Positions 35,804 to 50,098 of a stretch of DNA of 64,000 bases are shown here, in pieces. Source of the stretch: Adineta vaga. Taxonomy: Eukaryota > Animalia > Rotifera. Position numbers and translations under genes: made by a program. The first letter of the stretch is position 1; each line of letters begins with the position of its first letter. The stretch spans positions 10,974,001 to 11,038,000 of the forward strand of contig CP075495.1 in assembly GCA_021613535.1 (NCBI GenBank), written 5' to 3'. The notes beneath the pieces are model-generated. The model was not told the origin of the DNA. It made no database searches and saw only the letters and a list, made by a program, of their open reading frames with translations.

Positions 35804-38136
35804 CTAGATTGTTATTATAGAATTATCTGTTGTACAAGTCGAATTATTATTCGGACGATGATGACTTCGTATTGTTGAAAGTGTTGTATTATTATTTGCA
35901 AGAAATGATGAAGGTGTCATACGTATACCAACACTTTCACCGCCTATTTAGAAAAAGAAAGTTTACAATATTTATTTATAGTCTCTTAAGTATATTTATC
36001 ACACATTGTAATAAAAAACGATTGACTCTATTGTCACAACAAATTTGCAAAGAATGTGTGATAAACATTATAAATTTATTCAATGATTTTTCTTACTTGA
36101 TTGACTTTTTGTTTTCTTATTAAAGGATGATGCAAGTGATGACGTTGATGCATATAGAACTGGCACATTATTTTTATCAAGAAAACCATACGTTGGACGT
36201 GTAATAGCTTCATAATTCATTGTACTCTCACCTATTGTTAATTGTGACATTTCATTGATCTGACTATTATCTTCATCTTCATTATCATCATCATTAAAAC
36301 GTCCAAATACATAATAACAAGATTTACTAAAACCACGCGTTAATAAACCAACAATTGGATGTCGAATATAACCACGTTCAAGTAGAGCACATGCATAATC
36401 CTTTGCATCTTGTTTATCAATAAATCCATCCACATGTTTATATAACCAGTGTACAAGATCCGAGCCGAGAAAAGAATTTTTCAACATTATTTTAAGCCAT
36501 AAACGATCACGTATATCTAAACCTGAGTGAGCTTGTTGCATAGCACGACAAATTGTTTCCATATCAGAATTACGTGTTAAATTTAAATCATAGCGATATT
36601 CTATGAAAAGACAATTGTTTTAATTGATGTCTTTTCTATTCGTAATAAGAAAATACTTACTTTTTACACCACTATGATTGTGTGGTGAATTTGAAGGTGA
36701 GGAAGATAATGTTGAACTAGCTACTGGTGGAGGCGAGAGTGAAGAACGTCGTCGCATAAATACGGCATTAGTTTGAGCAACCCATTGACGTGGATCGATT
36801 GGTCTTATTGGATCTTGCCGTGGATTGTTATTCTTATTATTATTATTCATTATAGCTTGATGTGGAAGTGGAAAATAACCATCACTTTCATCATCATCCA
36901 TAAAACCATGATGATCATTCCATCGTTTTGCTATAACTAATTTTATTGATCTAGACAACAGATAGAAATTATTCTTGATTAAAAAACAAACTAGTATTGA
37001 AATTTTACTTGGCATCTTTCACAGTTTCTCGTAGTAAACGTACAGCATCACTGTTTGATATATGTTCAAAACTGATATCATTCATCTGTAAAATCATATC
37101 ACCTGGTTGAATACGACCATCAGCATCGACGGCACCTCTAAAAATAAATCGTTCATGTAATAGAAACGTATTTATGAAAAAGCGTTACCCTTTCATAATT
37201 GATCCAACGATAATTCCACCATCAGATTCACCAACCACAGTCATACCAAGATATTTAATACGTTCTAAATAGAATAAGTAAACATTAAGTTAGCCATGTT
37301 GATTAATTATTAACATACCCAAACTTAGAACAACAGTAACAACATCCATTGAAATTGTTGAATCCGTCATACTGCTCATTGATGATGCCTTGAATTGATT
37401 AAAAATTGATTTGATTATATTTCAAAATTCTGATATAACTTACTCTTTCTCGGCGATGCTGCTGATGGTGTTGATGCCGTCTTCTTCGTCGTCGCCGTGT
37501 TCGATGATAATTACTACTAGCATCTGTTGTATTTGTTGTTTCTGTAATCGATGAAAATCTAAAGGCAAACGAAATAATCTAACATAGATTTTCTTTTCTT
37601 TTCAAATTCTTCTTTTACCGATCATCATCATGATCAAGTTGACTAGCAGTATCCGTCATTTCCGAAGCACTAGTATCACTAGTAAAAAGTGAATCATCTT
37701 GTTGACGATTTCTTCTTCGATAACTTGTATTTGCTGTTGTAGTTGTTATATCATTGGTTGTATCTTGTGCTAAAGCAGCTGGCATAAGCCAGGCAGCAAT
37801 ACGTCCGTTTGCTGAAGGTAATAATTGTTGTCGATCAGTTATTTCTTCTCGAATAACACCAAGAACAGGATCGATCGATTTGAAGAAGTATTTATAACTT
37901 CGTGTATATGGTCGTGGAATAGCATTAAGAAAATCATCGAGTGTAATGGACGTCGATGGTTTATTCAGTTTGATAGAAAATGGCTCATTAGCATCATCTC
38001 GATTACTATCAATATAGATGAAAATTTTTGTTATGGAATTAATTGTACTTGTATTTAGTGTATTCGAAGATGATGGAGGAAGAGATGAACTCGATGATGT
38101 TGCGATTGATAATGTTTGTGGACAAATTTGAGACAT
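35804..38136 (-). CDS. Dvl: Dishevelled (DIX-PDZ-DEP)
   Basis: [78 protein letters not shown] motif. [15 protein letters not shown]. Confidence 0.95.
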
Positions 38137-38575
38137 CTAGAAAGGGAGAAGAAAACAAAACAATTTCTGAGGTCAATATATATTTTGATATGATATGATA
38201 TCTGCTGAACACAATTATGTGTGAGTGTGAGCTGAGAAAAGTAATACACAATCAATCGAACTGTCCAATGGCTATTTTATAGAGAATGGACGATTGAAAT
38301 ATGTTGAACATAGATGTCACTGAAGAAAAGAAATGTGTTGTTTCTGAGAGATATGTGCATGTATATTTCTTGTTTGTGATAAAATATTTAAAAACATCTT
38401 TACTTTTATCTTTCACATAAGGCAATCATTGGAAAAATACAGTGCGATTCTATTTTTTTTTGTTTTTAAAAATAAATCTTTTCGATCACTTCTGAACAAC
38501 TATCACACAATCTTGTTTTTATTTTATTCACTTTCTTATTATCAACTTCAATTAAAATATCTGAAAAGGTTTTAT

Positions 38576-39307
38576 TCAAACTGTCTTTCCATTTGCTGTA
38601 ACTGCTGCTTTAAGATCACTAATAACCACTTTACATATAGCTTTATGTAGCAATTGACATTGTTTCACGGCTTCATCCGTTAATGAATCAAGTTCAGCTG
38701 GTGTTGCTTCTCCATCAAAAAATAGACATGAAACTTGTGCTAAATTTGGCATATAACATAATGTAAATAATGATTGATCTGTTTTCAATGATTTCGCTAC
38801 CACTGTATCGTACAATTCAATACAAGCATCAATTAAAGCAACAGTAGCTGAAAGAATAATCGCTGAAAGTAAATATTGACCATCATCTTCAATAACATCA
38901 ATAATAATATCAATTTGAGATTTTGGATATCTATGAAGGAGAATGCATGGTAATAATGCTTCTTCAAGACGTGAACATAATTCAGCTTCTTCACAATCAT
39001 CATCATTATCGTATTGTACTAATAGCGGATCAATACGTTTTTGTCGAGCAAAGGGTGAAAATTTAATGGATGTTTCAAGTAAACATTTTGAATACGATTC
39101 GTCCGATGAGGATGATGTTTCACGTGGACCATAGATCGCACATGTCACTTTCGTTGATGCTAATTCAATGTAGGATGAACCATTCGCTTGATGAATAAGA
39201 CCTTTTGATATGTAAACTTTTTCATCCGATTTCAAATCTGTTGATTTTGACAAATTAAGATCGACAGCAAATTGTAATGGATCAAAACATTCGTCGGGTT
39301 GTTCCAT
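38576..39307 (-). CDS. EXOSC6: Exosome complex component MTR3 (RNase PH-like), intronless
   Basis: GLIHQANGSSYIE..TKVTCAIYGPRE, KFSPFA, LEEALLPCILLHRYPKSQIDI..IEDDG, ALIDACIELYD. Confidence 0.85.
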   Translation of the reverse strand: MEQPDECFDPLQFAVDLNLSKSTDLKSDEKVYISKGLIHQANGSSYIELASTKVTCAIYGPRETSSSSDESYSKCLLETSIKFSPFARQKRIDPLLVQYDNDDDCEEAELCSRLEEALLPCILLHRYPKSQIDIIIDVIEDDGQYLLSAIILSATVALIDACIELYDTVVAKSLKTDQSLFTLCYMPNLAQVSCLFFDGEATPAELDSLTDEAVKQCQLLHKAICKVVISDLKAAVTANGKTV

Positions 39308-39436
39308 GATCTATTCTGAAATCAAATAAAGCAAAAGACTGAACTGAAATCCATAGCAATTTCGAGATTTTTGTTCGAAATATTTATTTAACAAAGCAGT
39401 CTAATAATGTTAGTTTTTAAAAAAAAAAAGAAAGGT

Positions 39437-40959
39437 TTATTCGTCGTAAACGACTAGATTTTCATTGCCAGGTGTTGGTTCATGATCATTGAGATTGTGT
39501 AATTCATCACTAACACTATTGAGATCAATAAATTTCGGATCCGCTGCACGAATACCATCATTTAACAGAAGTACACAACCATCCTAAAGAATCATTCGAA
39601 TAAATATCATTTATGAAATTCGAAAAATCAATTCAAACCTTGATTAATTCAATTGCAATTCGTGCAATATTGATGGAATCATCAAGACCAGAATGATGTC
39701 GGCCATCGAATACAAGACCAAGATTTTGCAACATTTTACCAATGCCTAATCACATGAAAAAGATCGAACATAATAGAAGAAAAACTTTCATTCTTTTCTT
39801 TCATACCACATCGTTGTACAGAATAAAAATTCGAAAATTCTTTTCGAACATTGATCCATTTTTTTGCCCACCTTGGATAGGGTATTGAGTTGAAACCACA
39901 TTGTAGTCGAAGAAATTTTGCAAAGTCCCACGGCCTATCAATGCAATGAAACGACAACGTTGAAGAAATAACAAAGTACGAATTTCTTTTTCGATTTTAC
40001 CCATCAGTAGCAAAACCACATTTACGTTTATTGGATGATAGAAGTTGTCGTTCATTTAACCAGTTTTCAACATTACGTAGAACTTCAGGAAATGTTGGAG
40101 CTGCATCGACTTGATGCTAAAAGATAAATTCATCGATTATTCAAAACTTATTTTCATTTCTTCCGAGACATGACACCAGTTCTAATCAATCCTGTACATC
40201 AAGATAAAACATACCTGTTCAATACCAGTTAATTCTGTACAAAAATCAGACAAAATTGGTTTAATTGTTGGTCGACAATATGATTGAAATTTATCAACCT
40301 AAAATAAAACATACAGATTAGAAAAGAATCGATTCCATTAGGATTTTTACAATCATTTGTTGTCGAACATCAATCAGAACGATAGGAAATTCAATAATTT
40401 CATGTGGAAAACTATTGCCTTGATTATGATTACATGTCGCTTCGAAATCAATAACCGCAATGAATTCAAAATGTTGTTCAATCATTTTCAATGGATTTTC
40501 ACCTCCCAATGTTACTTGTGCTTTGTAATAATGTTTTAAACGAAGACGACGAATTTCGATCTCACCACTAGCTATCCCAAACAAAGAAATTCTTCGAAAT
40601 TTTCAAATAAAAAACTAAAAATATCTATAACTTTGTTGATAATTGTCGTTTTTGTAATTCTTCATCGACTTGTGCTGGTGTCATACGATTAACAATTCCA
40701 TTGTATTTACTCAAACGTTTCTGACATCCATGGTCAGTTATTGGTTTTTTTAATATATGTCGATCACTAGGTAAAAATGATCTAGCATTTGTCTGATTGA
40801 TCCAATCAAGATCATATGCCTGTCGAAGAATTCAAATATATATTATTCAAAAAAAAAAATTATACGAAAAATATTTACATGATCTTTCGTGGATTTTAAA
40901 TTTTTCTTTGGCATTACAGAGGCATTTTCATTTTGAATGTCAGAAGGTGACGATGCCAT
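39437..40959 (-). CDS. ERI1: 3'-5' exoribonuclease ERI1 (SAP + DEDDh)
   Basis: SAP-like NGIVNRMT..RLKHYYK, then VIDFEATC, HEIIEFP, LSDFCTELTGI, TDGPWD, WAKKWINVRK and GRHHSGLDDS. Confidence 0.92.
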
Positions 40960-43900
40960 TTTGACTTTTTTAGTTCGAAGAATTGATCTAACAAAAGAAG
41001 AAATATTTTGAATGAACTTCATTTCATAGAAAAACCCATAATTCTATGCATGCAATAATAGCGTGGTAAAGTCAAGCAACAGATATGAAACAATACTATT
41101 GGTTATATTCATTTAGCATTGAGATGTCGCTCGTTCTAAGTACAAAATTTGAAGAAGATGTTTATGATATCTTTTTAAAAGTTCAACTACTAATGATTTT
41201 AAATCAATAATAGTGAGAATACGTCCTTCGTATAATTTGTTTTTTTACGAGGTACTTAGACAAAATCGATTCGACTGAATAGAATCACTAGACGTTAAAT
41301 ATCAAGGATATTTCCAGATAATCGATTAGCATTCTTCGGAATACATGTACATTGGAATCTATTTCAAGTGCATTTTTGACGAATAATTCATTGCTTGTCG
41401 TTGTCTTTAAGGAACGATCTGCGTGAAGGTTTCCCCTTTTCTAGTCGATTAGAACGTCAGATATGTACTTATAATATAAAATGTGTATGTATGTGTTTGA
41501 CGATTCAAAAGCAAACATTTGATATAGATTTTTATTTGAAAAATACAGTCTTAACTAGACAGATTGTTTCAAATCGTTCTTTATAATTTACCTAAATAAG
41601 TATAAAATTTGTTTTTTTTCTTTCGCAGTAAATGTTTCCTTTTCAAACTTAATAATAACCATTTGTGTTGATTAAATAGGTAAATACAGGTATTGTTTCA
41701 TATCAGTGTTAGTCGATCAATTGATTTATATGTAGTAATTTCACTCTCTTTTTTTGCTTCAATCAACTAAAAGTGTCACCGATGTGTGATATTTTTTTTT
41801 AATTAAAAAGTAATGTTTTTCTTTTTTCTTTCTTCTTTCTCTTCATCCTCTTCTCTTCGTTTTGGTTATGTCTACTTTTCATGATGCACAAAAAGAAGAA
41901 GAAGAAGAAAAAAAAAGCAAACAGTAATTGACTTTATATCAACGTGTTTATCAAATCTATGCTCATTTCAAGAAAATGACTTGTCAAGTATTCGACAAGG
42001 ACATAGTGAATTATATACCTAAGTGTTCTTGTATTGAATGTCAAGAATATCGATCAAGTAGATCTTCAGATAAGAAATAAAGAAATGAATCAAATACTAT
42101 TTGCTTTTTTACTTCCTTTTCTTCTATGATTGGTAACAGATGCATGTATCATTTGATGAAATTTTACTCTTTTTTTTTACTAAAATGAACTCAATCATGA
42201 TGATGATGATGACAATAAGAACACATCTTTCCAATGTTCTTTTGATTAGATATCTTCTGTTAAAAAATAGTTGTTCGATTGATAAACGTACAGATCTGAT
42301 TAGATATGATGACAGTAGGAAAACCTTGTTATCATCACTTTGTCTTGGGTGTCAATCTCATTTGTCTTGTTCCAACGAAGGTTATTTGTATGTCATACTG
42401 TATATCGATCGATCGATCGATATATATGCTTTTCTGAACATTATATCAATTGCTTTTACGGCGACTTGTTTTTTCGCTTCATCAAATTGCAATTGGTTCC
42501 ATTTCAAAATACTTTTTCTGCTCACTTAATTTCTACATTTGTCTGATTAGTATTATTGCTCATTTGCTATTTTTGTTTCTTTTCTTTTACGTAGTGTCTT
42601 CAATGTCAGCAATGTGATGATAAGTATATAAGCATCTTATGTTTTCAGTCAAAATAATAATAGAAAAGAGACTATGGATGAATTTGCTTTGCATATAATT
42701 ATATGTCATCATTGTTTCAGACACAGTGTCTCGTTTTCTTTTAAATACACTTTATATCAATCGCCTGTATGCTTATGCGTGTGTGTGCAGCCTACTGTCA
42801 TTTTCAATGATATATACAAAACACATATTCATGTAGGCAAGTCTAAAGTTTATTCGAGATGACCTTAATACGTATTAATGTTCTCGTTCTTTCTCTTTCG
42901 AATAGATTTCTCTGAGGAAATCGAATAGCACACCTGTTAATAGTGAATAATGGTCACAACCGTTAAGCATATGAATCTATCGAAAAGGGTAAAAAGCTGT
43001 CTTGTATACAAAAAAAAGATGATACAATAGTAGTAGGATGATAATGGCCTTGTTCATAATGTATCTGGATATATATGTATAAATGTATATGTTCGACCTC
43101 GTCGTTTTCATACCTTGACATGTGACAGACCACATATACAGTTAACATGTACAATCATCACTCAACAATCGACATAGCAGGGTCATTGCTAATATCTAAG
43201 TTGTTAAGTCGGAAAACGGATCAGATCGAACATCTGGCTAGAACGGAAATTGAATCTCTTACTCATTTGCTTTTCTTTTTTCTCTGTATACTTATGATAA
43301 TAACTATGAATTGTAATTAGTTCTCATACCGAATGCGATTGATGGTCAAATGTCACTTATTTTCCTACAGTAATGACCGGATATTTGTATGATCAATGAT
43401 TAATTACTTCACTAACTTTATCATATATCGATGTTGTTTTTTTCATATCTATATTAAATATTAATACTTGTCAATAGACATATAGTTTTTTTTTCTTCGT
43501 TCTTTGTATTGTCACATACAATTTTGATGTTGATCTCTCATTAAAACTTTCACAATTGAAAAGTCGCTTTTCAAATAGTCCCCATGTGTCCTATGCTTCT
43601 TTCTCTCTCTCATTCATTCATTCATTCATTCCATTCTTAATGTCCTTTCAGTGACATACGACGACAACAAATTGTTTCTCCCTCGGTCCGATTGACGCCG
43701 CATTACAGCAATATATTTATATATATGTGTGTGTGTGTGTCGAAGAGTGGCGAGGAAACATTACCATGCAATAACACACAAATGAAGCGAAGGACAGAGA
43801 AGAAGAAAAAAGAAATCACTGAACGATCTGTAAAAGAAAAGAAGAAAGAAAAAAAGAGAATCTCTAATGCCACCAAATAGGTGATTCATTCTTGTGGTAT

Positions 43901-46257
43901 ATTCTATGTGAAGAGAGAAGAGAAACAGAAGGGGGAGAGAGAAAAACAGAAGAAACAAAGATTTTTTTATGGGTATGTAATCAAAAGAAAAAACGCTTGA
44001 TGTAGCTCCATTTTGTTTCGATACAGTATATTGATGTCTATAAAAGATAGTGTTAAAGACTTTTCGAAAAGACTAAGCAACAAAAAAGAGTAAGTTAATC
44101 GACTGTTACTAATACTCTCATTTTATTTTCTCGACCGACTAAACGCGATAAACTTATGTGTATACATACACACATATACATATATATATATATACGTATG
44201 TAATGTATGTACGTAGATGCTTAAAACTTCCTCACATCTTTAGAAATAGCAGTACACTCATCACTAGACATTCTCTTGTCTTCATTGAACACATATGACA
44301 GATTAAGTTACGTACGGTATAGAGCACGTAAAACAAACATAATACATCCGTTCTCATACAACTACGAAACTCTCCTATTCCTTACATTTAGAGAAAGTTG
44401 TATAAACATACACGAACTAGTTATGATTTCCAGCTTGTATATATTATGATATATGATGTATTAGAATAAATAGGTCGTTGTTCAATGACAGAATAGAATA
44501 GGTAATACATTTGGCATCGATTCTTTTTTCTCTTGTTTAGTAATTAGTGTCTTGAACAAGTACGACGATTTTCTCGTCATTAATGATACTTTAAGAAATA
44601 GAGAGTTTTTATCTGAACGAAATAATGATTTTGTACGCCTGTCTCTCTCCTTTTCTTTTCATCGTTTTTTACTTGTAATTTACCGACTATTATGAAAATA
44701 GTCCGTGAAATTTGATTTAAATCAACAATGACACCTCTCATCATACTTATTACTGTTTTTATATGTCTCTCCTTTTCTCTGGTGCTGTCTCGTTTACTGT
44801 ATTATATGACAAATAAAATACGAAATGTGACAATAATAAAGTGCAACTATTTTGATTGTCACCTGTTTGCATATATGTTTTACTCGTTCTTGTCTACTTT
44901 GCATATTTATGCAGTTACAGTTAATCAAAGACTTCCTTTCGCTACGCTTCTTTTGTTGAGTTGTTTTCCTATTTTCGATATGATTTTTGCATCCATTCAT
45001 CTATCTGCTCAACAACTCATACTCTTTACAAATATATATATATATATCCTTTCGGTTAACAAACGAGAATGTTTTCCGTATTTTCTCTCCTTCTCCTTCT
45101 TCTTCTAGCGTTGCCGTCTTCGTCGGCTCGTGTCAAGGACATTGTAGTCCCTTGAGAGAGAATATGCGAGAGCCATTTCCGGAGTGGAAAAGGAAAAACG
45201 TTTTTTCTTATTAAGTCTTTTTCATTCCAATATATCTATCTACAATGATTATAGACAAGAACAAGGTACAGATATCACATTCTTAAAATACGTAGAAATC
45301 AATCATAGTTTTTTTTGTTCGAAAAATTCCTCGCACAATAAAATCAAACATTTTTTATATAAGAAATCTGATGTAAGATTGTCTATCTTAATCTAATATA
45401 GTATGTCTAATAATTCATTAGTTTTTCTTTCTTCGTTTTTTTTCTATTTGAACATATAATAGAGTCCGTCAGTGACTATTACGCGCGTCTGCTTGTCTGT
45501 CTATATCAATCTCTCGGTCAACGCATTGTATATTGATAAAAGCGGTGGTAGTAATAGTATACCCTGAAGGGAGTCGTTGTATTCTTATTTAATTGCCAAT
45601 GCATATACTAGCAAGTTCATCTCTTTTACTGATGTATAATGTTGAAGAAAATGAGTTCGTATTTATAAAAGAAATTGAGTGAGTAGAAACCTTGTCGTGC
45701 CTTAATGATGATGAATATTGACTAGTGGAACAATAACTTGGTTTTTGTTCACATAAATAATCCAACTGTGCCTTTAGTTCATGCAAGTTACACATCTGTC
45801 GCTTGTAGAAATAAAAACTGTAGACACATGCACAACTATGTTTATATAAGTATGAGAGAACGATGAATCGAGATGAGAAGATGAATAAGATGAAGGCGAA
45901 AAAGAAGAAGAAGAAGAGAGCAAGATATGATTACAAAATTAAATAACCATTCTATTTCTCTCTTTTATCGTCTTGTATAGAATAGCATTCACCAACTTTC
46001 CTTCTCAGTTGCAGTAGTAGTGGCAGCAGCTGAAGAGAGATGAAACGAACCGTACACTAAATACGCTAGACAGAGAGTTCGCAATAACTGTAAAAGAAAT
46101 GCGATAGAAAAAAAAGAGATTACCGAATACTATACAATGTAATTATGATCAAACACTTGTGTGCTTGTGTCATATATGAGGCGTCTGTTTCTATCATCAA
46201 TTTGAACTGATATGTCTATTTTAGATTTCTTTTGAAAAACAATAACAACGACAACAG

Positions 46258-48365
46258 ATGAAATTCAAAGATTATTTAAATTCTCTTGTATCTCGACGTA
46301 AAAGCACTCCATCGACATCAAAGTTTCATCAACCCACAAATAATAAAAACCTTTCTCATGAATCAAATACATCAGCTGATATTCATTATGATATATGTGG
46401 ATATGAAGATATAAATGGAATCGGTAACGAAGATCAACATAGTCGTACACAAATTTTACTTGCTCGTCATGCTGAATTAATTAATACAATTGTTGAAACA
46501 CGATCATCACAAGAGAACACATTTCCTTCATGTGCTCAATGTCGAATTGTTCAACAATCATCCCCAGTTATTCCACCAATGGTACCACTTCCTCTACCAC
46601 CTAAATTTTCGATTGAACCACAAACACCAATTCTTAGTCGTAATTATTCAAGTACATTAGCGACATGTAATCCACGACGTGAATGTCAACAGCAGCAACA
46701 AAAATATTTCTGTCAAGCACCTTTAACTTCATCACAATATTCGACACCAAATCCAAGTGTGAATTCATCAAGTAGTAGTTCATTATGGACAACAACAGCG
46801 AGTTTATCGAAAAAACAACGTTCAAGAATTCGAACTAATCCTTGGATTGGAAATGTTTCGACGAATAATCGAACATCGACTTTTATTGAAACATCCAGTA
46901 TATTGAATAATCATATATTACCAGATCCGTCTCTATCACAGCCTGAATATGGTATTTATGATCCAACTTATCGTACATCACCGTCAGGTATAACACATTC
47001 AGAATCATTTCCGCAAACAACACCAACAGGCAATATTCATGTCATTAAACCTCCTAGTCCTTCTCCGGTTGTTCCACCTCTTTCATCCGTACCAGCACAA
47101 ACGTCTAGTATTATTCTACATCAAAGTGATAGCGGCCATGGGTTTTCTCTAGCAAGTTCACGAGTCATTGATTCATCGTCGTCGTCGTCGTCGTCGTCTT
47201 CTTCCTCTTCATCATCTCCGCCATCGAGTTCATCTTCACCAGATGATACCAGTGCCGATGGAATTATAACACATGATAAACAATCTTATCGACAGAAGAA
47301 ACTTAAAAAGAAAACATCATCAATATCACCTTTACTAAGAAAGAAAAGTCCAAAACGTCATATGAATACAGAGAAAAATTTTTGTTCAAATACAATATCT
47401 TCTGATAGTGGCAGTCTAACAAGACGAACAAAAGGTAAAGTAAATTAATGAAAAGAAAGAATAATTATTGTTGTTATAGTTCGTCAAATACCTGGATCAG
47501 TTGTTGCTCAATATCGTCAACAACGATCACTAGGTAAAACGAAACTAAATCCAATGATATCATCGATTGAACGAAAACATCAAAATCAAGCTTCACAAAG
47601 TTCATCTTCACAATCAATCAATGATCATTTTTCACTTGAATTTGAAGAAATTCTTGAAAATGAACGTTCGTGTCAACAGCGTCAAGAGAAAGCATCATTA
47701 TCATCACCATCGTCAACTAAATTAAGATCACCAGCAAAAAGTCCATTTATACTTCCATTAGATGGTATAAAATATGAAATTATTATTATCATCATCTAGA
47801 TCTCTTGTTTTTTTTCTCAGGTACTTTAACCAAAACAAATTCACGAACAATATTAAAACATATTGAAGAAATTGAAAATGAAATTCGATTAATTAAAAAT
47901 TTAGATCTTGCACATAATGACGACGACGACGATGACGATGATGATCATCATCATAATGTTGAAGATGAATTTGTTTTCTCACCACATGCTTATCCTGAAG
48001 ATGATATTGATTTAGAAAATGAGAGTCATAATGATACGGAAGAAACGGAAATTAAAGATGACAGACAATCTATTTATGATCAAGTTGATCAGTGGGTAGA
48101 AAAATGTTTAACAACAACAATAATAACAAATAAAACAGATAAAACAGCAACACTTCTTCGTACAGAATGTGATCATTTATCGAATACAATCAAAGATTAT
48201 GTTGTATGTGTTTGTCCGAATAATGAACATCAACCAACGACATCAACTGAATCCACACCGAAATTAATGACAGCTTTCTATTTAAGTTCAATACCAAATC
48301 AAACAACAAAACGAACATCTTCATTTGTTGCTGAATCATTAAAACTCGCGAATTTCAGACATTAA
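46258..48365 (+). CDS. Uncharacterised Ser/Pro-rich, probably disordered protein, 3 exons
   Basis: Long ORFs joined in frame by introns 47435-47479 and 47765-47820. No recognisable globular domain. The true end may be 48403 if there is an indel. Confidence 0.75.
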
Positions 48366-50098
48366 CTCAAAATTCAAAATCAATACATGAATGTCCTTTT
48401 TAAAAGCGTGACATGAGCAGTATATGTATATCTAGTGTTCTAAATCTAGTTCAGATCAGTATTGAGTTGTTTTCTTTCGTTCGTTTTTTCTTTCTTGTTC
48501 GTTTTCGTGTACGATATATGAATATATCGTTATAAATTAATAATGAGAAATTTCTTATACATATACATATATATATATACTAAAATTTTGTTCGAATGAC
48601 GTAGATGGTGCAAAAAGATATCACGATTCACAGTGAATTATGTCGAGATTTAATCAATGATTTTTTACTTAGATATTTGAGATATATGTAATAGAAAAAC
48701 CCGTTCGTTTTTCTTCATCTAATATTAGCTATTCTAATCATCACTAAAAATGTTCATGTCATCTAAATCTTCATGTGATGAAGCCTTGAATGATTATAAC
48801 ATTACTCAGAAGAATGGTACCGAGAAATGATTAATCAAATGAATGGAAGACTATCACTTATAACTCAATTAGATCTCTCTTCCTTTACTTATAATGTAAT
48901 AGTGAATCATTACGAGTGTTGTTTCTCTTAAAACAAATATTCATAAATACAAAGATAAGTTAAATATTTTACAGTCATAAATAAATTTCTCCTACTTTAA
49001 ACTTCTCTCTATGTGTGATACATAATTGAAATCGTATTATTCTTATCCACTGCTTGACTCATGATTTTACAATAATCTTGTTGTAAAACATAGAGCACAC
49101 AAGTACTCATATCCATCTACAGGCAGTCATATGAAGCAGTAAATGATTCACATACAACAATAATAATCAGCCATATTAGAAGAATGATTAGATATCAAAC
49201 GGAATAAAAAGATTTCTATTTGAAACGTACTAGAAGTCAAAAACTGAATTATATGAAGATCGAAAAACAACCATGAGAAATGATTTGTGCTTTAAGTAAT
49301 TAAAAATGCACCTTGATATAAGCAAAGATTCTCTATTGATAAGCAACTTAATGTTATTTTTGTCTTTCGCATATATATACCAACGTTAACTTAAAAATGC
49401 AATAAATATGCGATAAAAGAACTACTATTCAGAATACCAAATAAGTTTTTTCGTGCATCTATTCATTTACTTTTTTCTTCTTCTACTTATACATACATTT
49501 GTACAAGAAAAGTTTTTTTTCCCCTTGAGATGCATTAACTATTTTATGTATGTAAACATCATTACTTTGAATATGTTCTTTTTTTTTGTCAAGTACAGTG
49601 ACATCTAATTTCGATATCGAATAGAAATCGAAATTCAATCCAATAAAATGCAAGTTATTGATCATTGCTGAGCAATCAAAATTCGTTTTAGTTTATAAAT
49701 ATATATTAGTGTCTTTTTCTCGTTTTTACTGTACACATTTAATTGACCTAGACTAGAGAAAGAACAACGAAGTTCTTATCTTCTTTTTCATTTCGTTTCA
49801 ATTGATCATAAACGAGGAATATTCGAATCGAATAGTTTGGCAAACAAAGATATCAGAAAGAAAACGCTTTGATTGATTGTTATTACCAAACATACATAGA
49901 TGTCAAGTGCGATGACAATAATCTCTTTGTAAAGGTGAGAGTAGAAACAAAATGCTATCTTTTTCTTTTGTCCGGATAATTTATATTCAAGTTTCTTTGT
50001 CTTCTTTTTCGACAATCAACTATATAACAATCTCTTTGTCTTAGTATTATTAACAATAGACGAATAGAAAAAACGACGACAACGACAACGACAATATC

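Noticed and set aside
42401-42424. Perfect 24-nt palindrome
   Set aside because: A trivial consequence of a (GATC)n/(TA)n microsatellite.
41000-46200. Many short F/L/I-rich ORFs
   Set aside because: Products of AT-rich low-complexity DNA and microsatellites, with no coherent exon structure.
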